From a virus, in the IMG/VR virus record IMGVR_UViG_3300028384_000991, positions 64,001-128,000 of that record: a stretch of 64,000 nucleotides of DNA; one strand, 5' to 3'. The position numbers were made by a program, and so were the translations under genes. The notes under the pieces are model-generated. The model was not told the origin of the DNA. It did not search any database and worked only from the letters and a program-made list of their open reading frames with translations. Position 1 is the first letter of the stretch. Each line of letters opens with the position of its first letter. This document shows positions 56,639 through 64,000 of the stretch, piece by piece.

Positions 56639-57204
56639 TCTGTTTCTCCTGGTTTTCTAACTGTAACACTGATGTTACCTGATATTGCAACTCTGTCGTG
56701 ATTGCAATTTTGTATTCCTACTTTATGACTTACATTTCCTGGAAAGATAACCATCAATCCACTAAAAGGTTTTACACTATAATCTGCTGAAGGAAATTCT
56801 AATGGTGCACAATCTTCGCAGGCATTTACATAATATACAAAACTAAATGTAGCGGGCCAATGTGCGTGTTCAATAGTATGATGTCCTTCGTTGTTTTTAT
56901 AAACCATTCCCCAACAATCAACTATATTAAAACGCATCATTTGTGCACCTCGTTGACTTAATCCTTCTACACTGCTTATACATTGCATAATAGCAAAATC
57001 GCAAATACGTTTAAAGTCGTTGTCTTGGTACATTGTAAAGTCGGTCATGTCTGCTTTGACATTACTCATGTGTTTAATTACATCACCGTAACTTCTAATC
57101 TTTTTTTCAAGAATAGGATTAAGCGTTTCACTGTTTGTATATTTCACCATAGTAATATCGCAAGGTTCTTTAGATGTTGCTTGATGTACCTTAAAATAAT
57201 CCAT
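56635..57204 (-). CDS. Fe(II)/2OG oxygenase
   Basis: HAHWP..FSFVYYV...FPG..SH.V...RVAISGN. Confidence 0.8.
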   Translation of the reverse strand: MDYFKVHQATSKEPCDITMVKYTNSETLNPILEKKIRSYGDVIKHMSNVKADMTDFTMYQDNDFKRICDFAIMQCISSVEGLSQRGAQMMRFNIVDCWGMVYKNNEGHHTIEHAHWPATFSFVYYVNACEDCAPLEFPSADYSVKPFSGLMVIFPGNVSHKVGIQNCNHDRVAISGNISVTVRKPGETE

Positions 57205-57539
57205 TACCCTGTCCTTAGTAAAACGTGATATCCGTATTCTGTTTTAATTGGAAATGTTAACATTTCATCTTTGTTTATTTGACTTATAGGCTTCGCAATC
57301 TCATATTCCATATCGCCTGGATAATCAAACCATCCTAAGTCCCCGCCGTTCTTTGCACTTATTCTACAAGCACTGTGTTCTTTTGCGGCCTGTTCAAATG
57401 TAAGTAGTCCTTCTATAATATCTTGAATAATAAATCCTGCTTCTTGTTCTGCCGCAGGTTCTGGACGATTACTTGTTTGTGCTGTTGCGCCTTGATGGCT
57501 AATTAAAATATGACTTGCTCTAAGTCTTTGAGGTTTCAT
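57204..57539 (-). CDS. Parvulin-type peptidyl-prolyl isomerase
   Basis: RASHILI, FEQAA.EHS.C.S..GGDLGWF, TEYGYHV; start reassigned to 57539. Confidence 0.9.
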   Translation of the reverse strand: MKPQRLRASHILISHQGATAQTSNRPEPAAEQEAGFIIQDIIEGLLTFEQAAKEHSACRISAKNGGDLGWFDYPGDMEYEIAKPISQINKDEMLTFPIKTEYGYHVLLRTG

Positions 57540-57882
57540 TTTTGCTCCCACCTGGTTTTTCAGAAAAGAATCTTTCAAACTTGTTAGGTTCAAGTGCGTA
57601 TTCTTCTGCATCGGAAGGAACATCTTCTGGACGTTTCTCAGTAATGTTTGGCCACTTCGCTGAGTATTCTTCGTTGATATACAACCATTTATCTGCACCT
57701 TCTACATTGTCTGGAATAATAGCATCTACAGGACATTCAGGTTCACAAACACCGCAGTCAATACATTCATTAGGATTGATTACAAGCATATTTTCACCTT
57801 CGTAGAAACAGTCTACTGGGCATACATCTACACAATCCATGTGCTTACATTTAATACAGTTGTCGTTTACAAGATATGTCAT
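57520..57882 (-). CDS. fdxA: 7Fe ferredoxin
   Basis: [21 protein letters not shown]...[12 protein letters not shown]. Confidence 0.92.
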   Translation of the reverse strand: MTYLVNDNCIKCKHMDCVDVCPVDCFYEGENMLVINPNECIDCGVCEPECPVDAIIPDNVEGADKWLYINEEYSAKWPNITEKRPEDVPSDAEEYALEPNKFERFFSEKPGGSKNETSKT

Positions 57883-57890
57883 ACAAATAA

Positions 57891-58808
57891 TTATCCGTCT
57901 GTTAGACGTGCTAAACGAATCATGGTTGCGGCTAAATTAATCTCTGGATCTGCAACAAGTGTGTGATCTACAAGACCTTGTTTAATAATAAGAATAGCAT
58001 CATCTTCTTTGTCACCAAACAATGTAATATTGTCATACAACCATTTGAAAATATCTTCTACTTCATCTGGACGTACTTGACTACATACAAGTTTTCTTGC
58101 TTGATTAATTTTGCCTGCTTTGAATAGTTCGACCATTTCAAGTTTGTAGTCTGCTTCGCCTGTGTCACCTTCTTGTGGCTTTTGCAGTGTGCCATCTACA
58201 CTATTCATTTGTACCATATTGATACACTTACGCAAGTCTGGATATGTTGCTTTTACATAAGTGTCAAGTGTATCTAAGTCAGGTTGTACACCTTCTGTAA
58301 TAAGGATCTCTGCAACACGGGCAGTAAACTCTGTTTGATCAATACGTTCAATATGAAACCCTTGACAACGTGAATGTAGTGCAGGAATAATTCTGTTTGG
58401 ATAGTTACAGGTTAAAATAAATCTACTTGTAGTATGATATTCTTCCATTACACCACGCAGTGCCGCCTGTGCGTTCGGCGATAGATAATCTGCCTCATCA
58501 AGCAATACAACTTTAAACTCTCCAAATGGAATCATTTGTACAAAGTTAATAATTTTATCTCTAACATCATCAACTGAGTTTGTACGACTTGCGTTAATTT
58601 CTAAAATATCTAAATCATTAATTTCAAGTTCATTAAATAAAATTTTAGCAAGTGTTGTTTTACCAATACCTGCGTTACCTGAAAATAACAAATGTGGAAT
58701 AGTGCCTTCTTTGATCCATTGTTGCACTTGTTTTCTTTGATGTTCATCTCTGAACACATAACCGTCTACTGTTTTAGGACGATACTTTTCTACCCATAGT
58801 TCCTTCAT
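57891..58808 (-). CDS. Clamp loader subunit (gp44/RFC-like)
   Basis: [27 protein letters not shown]. Confidence 0.93.
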   Translation of the reverse strand: MKELWVEKYRPKTVDGYVFRDEHQRKQVQQWIKEGTIPHLLFSGNAGIGKTTLAKILFNELEINDLDILEINASRTNSVDDVRDKIINFVQMIPFGEFKVVLLDEADYLSPNAQAALRGVMEEYHTTSRFILTCNYPNRIIPALHSRCQGFHIERIDQTEFTARVAEILITEGVQPDLDTLDTYVKATYPDLRKCINMVQMNSVDGTLQKPQEGDTGEADYKLEMVELFKAGKINQARKLVCSQVRPDEVEDIFKWLYDNITLFGDKEDDAILIIKQGLVDHTLVADPEINLAATMIRLARLTDG

Positions 58809-59218
58809 TTACCTGCCTCTACTATTCGTTGTCTCAAATTAGTACTACTAAATGAGTGTTGCCTTTTATTATAATATATTTCTATGCCTTTGTCAACACA
58901 AATCTGCTTACCTGTAAAGTCTTTTGATTTGTATTCTTCGCCAATAAAGCGTTTGTGGATAGTATATGTTAGTAATATATCTTCCAAATCTTTTTCAGTT
59001 GAATATGGAATGATTTCGTCAATATACTTACAACCTGCTAATTGAACATAACGTTCAAATACACTTTGTATAGGTTTGTTCTTATCTGGTCTATCTATCG
59101 TAGGATCAGTTTGTAGTCCTACAATTAAATGGTTGCACTGATCAGATGCTTCTTTGAGCATCGCAACGTGACCTGTATGAAATAGATCAAATGTACTGAA
59201 TGTAATACCGACTGTCAT
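58805..59218 (-). CDS. Cytidylyltransferase (TagD-like)
   Basis: FDLFHTGH, SSTNLR; start reassigned to ATG 59218. Confidence 0.9.
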   Translation of the reverse strand: MTVGITFSTFDLFHTGHVAMLKEASDQCNHLIVGLQTDPTIDRPDKNKPIQSVFERYVQLAGCKYIDEIIPYSTEKDLEDILLTYTIHKRFIGEEYKSKDFTGKQICVDKGIEIYYNKRQHSFSSTNLRQRIVEAGK

Positions 59219-59224
59219 AGTGTT

Positions 59225-59252
59225 ATTATACACTAAATTGTAATAAAGTCAA
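59225..59252 (-). promoter_or_regulatory. Sigma70-type promoter, leaderless
   Basis: TTGACT-16 nt-TATAAT-6 nt-ATG. Confidence 0.7.
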
Positions 59253-59257
59253 GTATT

Positions 59258-59578
59258 TTATAGGTCGCCTTCTTTTCTATTTTCCGAAAAGTGTACGTCA
59301 AATTCGCCACCTGGATATCTTGCTTTAAGTTTATTAACGTTTTCTTCTACGACTTCATTAGGGTCAATGCCCAATGCTCGGCAACTATTAATCCAATACC
59401 ACATAATATCGCCAAGTTCTCGTTTAGCATGAAACTTAGTTAGTAGTAGTGCAATGTTAACACCACTTTCTTTTTCTAATTCAATCATAGTGTTGTTTAA
59501 CACCATAGTTGAGTTTGATTCTAAACTTGTTACTTCTTGTACAAAATCTTTGTACTTATTAAGATCTACGTTTGACAA
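59258..59578 (-). CDS. mazG: MazG-like NTP pyrophosphatase with apparent internal in-frame deletion
   Basis: ELGDIMWY, N..KL.ARYP, SENRKEGDL present; first ExxE helix absent. Confidence 0.7.
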   Translation of the reverse strand: MSNVDLNKYKDFVQEVTSLESNSTMVLNNTMIELEKESGVNIALLLTKFHAKRELGDIMWYWINSCRALGIDPNEVVEENVNKLKARYPGGEFDVHFSENRKEGDL

Positions 59579-59590
59579 TTTTACCTCTTC

Positions 59591-59995
59591 TTAGTTTACA
59601 AAATCTTCTGGACGATGGCTTTCACCGCTTAGGTCAATAGCATCACCATAGTATGCAAGATCGCTTGGTGGTTCGTCTGCTACGCCTATTACACCTGAAG
59701 CGTCTACTGTTCGAAGAACCTTTTGCTCTCCATTTTCATCTTCAACTGTAAATCCTCTTGACCAACGACCGTGTTCAATTAGAATCCAATCTCCGACTTC
59801 ATAATCATCTGTGTTCTCATGTCCAATGGACACAATCTTTGCCCAACGAGGCTTAATGCCGTGCTGTTGTCCGTCATCACTTGGAAGAATAATTCCTCCC
59901 TTTGACATAACTTCACCGAACTCCATGTCCGACACCATTAATCTATCGTGTAAAGGTTTTACTGTACCTTTAATAGCATTTAGATTGATTGCCAT
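59591..59995 (-). CDS. groES: GroES-like co-chaperonin
   Basis: VKPLHDRLMV, SKGGIILP, VGDWIL. Confidence 0.8.
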   Translation of the reverse strand: MAINLNAIKGTVKPLHDRLMVSDMEFGEVMSKGGIILPSDDGQQHGIKPRWAKIVSIGHENTDDYEVGDWILIEHGRWSRGFTVEDENGEQKVLRTVDASGVIGVADEPPSDLAYYGDAIDLSGESHRPEDFVN

Positions 59996-60382
59996 TTACT
60001 CACCTTTTTGTACAAAATTGCCGTCTTCGTCTTCAACCCAATCGTCTTCCGATACTTCTTTGATTTCTGCTTCTTGAACTTTTTGTTTTGCAGTTTTCTT
60101 CGGAGCCGGAGTTTCTTCAACTACTGCTGTTTCTGGTGCAGATTTTTTTGATGTAGGAAGTTCATCTTCAACTCTTTCAGGATTATCCCTGTAATAGTCT
60201 GCAAGAACATCTTCACGTTTACGAATAATTTTACCACCTGGGCCTAATTCATCGCCACGTGCATTTACACGAGCATTTCCAACCGCAGGAGTAAGTTCGT
60301 TCTTTTGGCGTAAAAGATCCATATCAACTGCTTTACCTTGCATTGTTTTATAAACTTTACGACCTGTTTGTTTTACTGCCAT
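59996..60382 (-). CDS. Hypothetical phage protein
   Basis: AVGNARVNARGDELGPGGKI; ATG 60382 with AGGAG; TAAATA at 60405-60410. Confidence 0.75.
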   Translation of the reverse strand: MAVKQTGRKVYKTMQGKAVDMDLLRQKNELTPAVGNARVNARGDELGPGGKIIRKREDVLADYYRDNPERVEDELPTSKKSAPETAVVEETPAPKKTAKQKVQEAEIKEVSEDDWVEDEDGNFVQKGE

Positions 60383-60407
60383 AGTTATTCTCCTATTATG
60401 TGAGTAT

Positions 60408-60929
60408 TTATCTAAGGAACTCACGCCAATCCAGGTCAAACTGAATTGGATTAATTCTGTGTACCCCAATCAAAAATAATACAAAACTTGATACACTTGA
60501 TCCTCTACCTACTCCCCAAAGTATGTTATTTTCACGCATATAGTCAACCAAGTAAACCATATAGCGTAACAAGTTCAACATATCTCTTTTTTCAAATTCA
60601 ATGTATTCTTCGTCTAATCTTTTTACTTGTTCTTCGTTAGTACATTTTGATTCTAAAAAACTATACACATCTAAGTTTTTATATGCTTCTGGCATAAACC
60701 ATTCGCTTTGACAAACATTATCAAATTGTGTTTTATCAACATCAATGGGGATATATTGTTTTAATGCTTGTGTACCAAATTCTTCTGCGTGTTTGTTGAA
60801 CTGTTTAATTTCATCATTCGGATCGCACAGAACTACATGACACTTATCAATATGTCCTGTATAGATCATATCAATCAGGTTCTTATTAGAAAAGATGGGT
60901 ATACCGTTAGAATCTGTTTTTAAAAGCAT
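60408..60929 (-). CDS. Stand-alone fragment of DNA polymerase III alpha (DnaE) palm region
   Basis: RLDEE...LVDYMR...WGVGRGSSVSS.V..LIG...INP..FDL...FL; ends before PDxD. Confidence 0.8.
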   Translation of the reverse strand: MLLKTDSNGIPIFSNKNLIDMIYTGHIDKCHVVLCDPNDEIKQFNKHAEEFGTQALKQYIPIDVDKTQFDNVCQSEWFMPEAYKNLDVYSFLESKCTNEEQVKRLDEEYIEFEKRDMLNLLRYMVYLVDYMRENNILWGVGRGSSVSSFVLFLIGVHRINPIQFDLDWREFLR

Positions 60930-60935
60930 AAGTGT

Positions 60936-60964
60936 ATTTTAACTTACGTTAATTAAATTGTCAA
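60936..60964 (-). promoter_or_regulatory. Sigma70-type promoter, leaderless
   Basis: TTGACA-17 nt-TAAAAT-6 nt-ATG. Confidence 0.75.
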
Positions 60965-61163
60965 GATCTTTATCTTGATTCTTTGCCATTTCTTTGGCAT
61001 ATCGGCTACGAAGTTCCAATCTGTACATTTCGATTAGTGTAGCCATTTGATGTTTGACTTCTGGATTGCGAGTCATATAAAACTTTTTGGAAAGATCGTT
61101 TAACTTCTCTTCAATCTGTGGTGTTGTATATTGTTCTAAATTATCTTCAAGTGGATGTAACAT
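60939..61163 (-). CDS. Small hypothetical protein
   Basis: 74-aa coupled ORF. Confidence 0.7.
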   Translation of the reverse strand: MLHPLEDNLEQYTTPQIEEKLNDLSKKFYMTRNPEVKHQMATLIEMYRLELRSRYAKEMAKNQDKDLDNLINVS

Positions 61164-61765
61164 TAGTAAAACTTGCCAATATAATCTACAAAGATGGACG
61201 AACCCTGATTGTAGGTCATAAAGTCAATAACTACTGGATTTGAATCACTGTCAATTGTTACGTTGTTTGTGAACACATAAGGATCACCTTCTGTACCTGC
61301 GCCAGTTTTGTTTGGCCAACGTGCATTGAACTTTAATGAACTACCTGCTTCTGTTCCGATAGTTAAAATTCTATCTTCACCATCGTTGATTAGAATTAAT
61401 CTAACTTTACCAACCTTACCTGATTCTGGCCAATCTGTAGTAGTTAGAGTAATATCACCTCCTACTGTGAATGTTTGTACAGGGCCAAGTGTAAAGTTAA
61501 CGTCTTGAGAAGAACTTAAAGTACCACCAGCATTTAATTCTTCAGAAACATTTACAATATTTGCATTTGTAATATTGTTTCCTAAGAAGTTATTTGCTTC
61601 ATTTTTCTTAGCAGTATTATCCTGTAAATCCTCAATTTCGCTCTTTGTTGCTACAAAGTTGTTTTTAATAATACCAAAATTATCTCTAAATCCTTGAGAA
61701 TCGTTATCCTGTCCTGCGATAGGATATTCCGAATTAATACTTACGTCATCAATGTTACTTGCCAT
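61163..61765 (-). CDS. Virion structural protein (putative)
   Basis: YPIAGQDNDSQGFRDNF N-terminal motif; TAAATA at 61784-61789. Confidence 0.65.
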   Translation of the reverse strand: MASNIDDVSINSEYPIAGQDNDSQGFRDNFGIIKNNFVATKSEIEDLQDNTAKKNEANNFLGNNITNANIVNVSEELNAGGTLSSSQDVNFTLGPVQTFTVGGDITLTTTDWPESGKVGKVRLILINDGEDRILTIGTEAGSSLKFNARWPNKTGAGTEGDPYVFTNNVTIDSDSNPVVIDFMTYNQGSSIFVDYIGKFY

Positions 61766-61795
61766 TTTATGTCCTCTCTACTTTATTTATCTGCT

Positions 61796-64000
61796 TTATA
61801 TGTTGTACTCATAGTTTCCGAATAGAATATACTGTTCTTCACTTTTTCCGGTTGTACTATCAATTATGTATCTATCAATGTCAAAATCAATGGTGTTAAA
61901 ATCAAAATCTTGATTTTTAATGTTCAACAATATTTGATCAGCATTTCCTTCTTTGCAATACGCAATAGGTATTGCAGTAATATAGCCTAATTCTTGTATG
62001 CTATTTTCCTGTGCAGTACGCATCCAGAGAGGTAAAAAGTCTCTTTCTGTAACGCCTGTTTCACTTATGCGATCACGCATATTTTTAATATTAGAAATGT
62101 ATTTCTTGTTATGTGTATTTTGGCTAATCTGTACAGCATCGCTGTCTACTTTTAGTGTATTACTAATAGGTCTAAATCTAAAAGGTTCTGCTTTGCTGAT
62201 TTCAAAGTTTTGTACAGATACTACATTCTGTCCATTTCTAAGAATAATCCTAATATTTCCTACTGTAGGAAATACAACTCGACCACCTCTGGTTATAATT
62301 TCTAAATCGTTACCAATACTTGTAACATCAACTGTTGGTGTTCCTACACCTCTAACACCTAATTCAAAAGTACTTTGACCACTTCCTAATGCTGTGTTAT
62401 CATCTAATGATTCAAATTGTATACTGTCAACTGTTATCTTTTTACCTTTTGTAGAAGTGTTTACTGTTTTAGCAACTTTACCATTTGTCGGCATATAAGG
62501 ATCGATAACTTCTACATAAATTACTTCATATACTACATCTTTAGATCCAGGATTTTTCGCAACTGCTTTTTTAATTTCGCCAATTCTATATTTTCTTCTT
62601 TTATGATTCTTAGCCGCGGCCGCTACATAGTTTCTAATATTTTGTGTAAGTATACCTGCATATGCTAACATCTTAATATCTTTTTGTACACCAAACTCTG
62701 GATCACCACTTCTATAAATTAGATCAGGTGGAAAAATATTAGGGTCTGAAATAAATGCTGTATATTCATTTCGTTTTGTTTGGTTCATAAAAGGTTTCAT
62801 AAACAAGTTACTATACAAGTTATCATCTGGATCTAAAACATCAATAGTAAATTCTTGTTCAACAGCACTAAATCCAAAGCGGTCTTCTGCTTTAACTGTA
62901 AATTTAAACTCTCTGTCAATAATAGTTTTAGCACCATCAAAAGTCATTGCACCGTTATCAAACACTGTTAAGCCTTTGGCATTTGCTGTACCAAACTGAT
63001 TAACCTTGCCTATAATTTCACCACTGATATCTAATTGTAACCCTGGTGGCAGTGTTCCACTTACTACACTATAAATTAATCTTGAATCAGGTACACTTGT
63101 TTCTGCTTTAACAGCAAGTGTTGAAATAAAGTTTGCACTGATATTACCTAAATTACTTGGTGTTAAGAATTTAATAGTTGAATCTACTTCACCAAGAATC
63201 TTAACTCTAAATGTCTTAGTTTTACTTGCTAATATTGTTTCTGGTACACCGCCAAATCTTGTTGCTTTTACTGTGAACTTATATTCTTTTGTAACAGCAG
63301 GCTGGTAAGGAACACGACCTGCTATTTCTCCTGTTGTGCTGTCAAGCACCATACCAGGTGGTAATTCACTTGGAGTGTTGTCGTCATTGTTTTGTTCTAA
63401 TGTGTATACAAGTCTACCTGCAATAGTTTCTGTATCTAATACATCAAGGAAAAATGTTAGATAATTGTTGGCTCTTCTAAAACCAAGATTTTCTGGTGTT
63501 AGCCATAATGGTGTTCTTAGATATGTATTATCAGCAGTAAACAATCCATTTGCAATTTGCATTTTTGTATTGTCTGCTCTTAAGAAATCATCACCTACAA
63601 GATAAATTTGAAATTTACGTTTTGCAATAGTATCACCGTCTGTAACACTTACAATAAATTCATAGTAACGATTTAGTTTACGTGGTTGCTTTGTAGGAAT
63701 TCTGTCGTCATATATTCTTGTATCGTAAAAGAAACTATCAAAGCCGTTTGCACTTCTTTCTCCAAAGTCAAAAGGAAATGTGCCATATATGTTTGCATCG
63801 TATGCACCACTGCCTGCTCTTGTATCTAAAGCAAGTACAGGTTCAACAACACCTACTATTCTACCATCTGTTGTTAAGCGTGTTCCTGGCGGAAGTTCTC
63901 CGTCATCGTCTGCAATGAAATACTCTAATGCATCACCAGCAGGTAGGTCAGGATCAATTGCTTGTAGTTGAAAATCTAATAGTGTATTATCAAGTACAAA
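61796..64000 (-). CDS. Large virion/baseplate protein with Ig-like repeats (5'-partial)
   Basis: Frame is open to the window end; repeated LPPGxxL..GEI.G modules. Confidence 0.75.
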   Translation of the reverse strand, partial: FVLDNTLLDFQLQAIDPDLPAGDALEYFIADDDGELPPGTRLTTDGRIVGVVEPVLALDTRAGSGAYDANIYGTFPFDFGERSANGFDSFFYDTRIYDDRIPTKQPRKLNRYYEFIVSVTDGDTIAKRKFQIYLVGDDFLRADNTKMQIANGLFTADNTYLRTPLWLTPENLGFRRANNYLTFFLDVLDTETIAGRLVYTLEQNNDDNTPSELPPGMVLDSTTGEIAGRVPYQPAVTKEYKFTVKATRFGGVPETILASKTKTFRVKILGEVDSTIKFLTPSNLGNISANFISTLAVKAETSVPDSRLIYSVVSGTLPPGLQLDISGEIIGKVNQFGTANAKGLTVFDNGAMTFDGAKTIIDREFKFTVKAEDRFGFSAVEQEFTIDVLDPDDNLYSNLFMKPFMNQTKRNEYTAFISDPNIFPPDLIYRSGDPEFGVQKDIKMLAYAGILTQNIRNYVAAAAKNHKRRKYRIGEIKKAVAKNPGSKDVVYEVIYVEVIDPYMPTNGKVAKTVNTSTKGKKITVDSIQFESLDDNTALGSGQSTFELGVRGVGTPTVDVTSIGNDLEIITRGGRVVFPTVGNIRIILRNGQNVVSVQNFEISKAEPFRFRPISNTLKVDSDAVQISQNTHNKKYISNIKNMRDRISETGVTERDFLPLWMRTAQENSIQELGYITAIPIAYCKEGNADQILLNIKNQDFDFNTIDFDIDRYIIDSTTGKSEEQYILFGNYEYNI

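Noticed and set aside
1-64000. Numerous 60-170 aa antisense ORFs in the track (e.g. 12703-13107, 45962-46468, 51602-52123, 61998-62378)
   Set aside because: They shadow well-supported genes on the opposite strand and lack SDs and motifs
1-64000. tRNA genes, CRISPR arrays, IS elements, integrase
   Set aside because: Intergenic gaps are short and explained by promoters or terminators; no cloverleaf, spaced repeat or transposase motif was seen by eye

Overview
64 kb of an AT-rich, densely coding, mostly minus-strand genome of a large lytic dsDNA phage. It is T4-like/myovirus-type and probably aquatic; the FdxA-type ferredoxin and ClpA hint at an alphaproteobacterial host (inference). Left to right: (1) an ~11.5 kb bidirectional island of tailoring enzymes (4 radical SAM, 5 Fe(II)/2OG-type oxygenases, QueC-like, class III aminotransferase, SDR, kinase-like, GNAT) ending at a tail-fibre gene; (2) MoxR AAA+/VWA-peptidase pair, nucleases and RNase H; (3) a 7-deazaguanine DNA-modification locus (queE, folE, DpdL/QueD-like, TGT/DpdA-like) interleaved with a glycosyltransferase, epimerase, PRTase, HIT protein and an MBD4-like glycosylase, next to the probable sliding clamp and family B DNA polymerase; (4) modular probable head-internal proteins ending in cationic two-Cys peptides; (5) ClpA, PDF and DnaJ, a lysis cassette, PhoH, dCMP deaminase, ThyX, parvulin, ferredoxin, clamp loader, an internally deleted MazG, GroES and a stand-alone DnaE fragment; (6) virion structural genes running off the right end. 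Non-coding signals include many consensus sigma70 promoters, TAAATA late-type promoters, recurrent leaderless starts, candidate RNA operators before folE and polB, and apparent avoidance of GCWGC, AGCT and CTAG. No tRNA, CRISPR or mobile element was seen. All assignments come from motif recognition by eye; no database searches were run.
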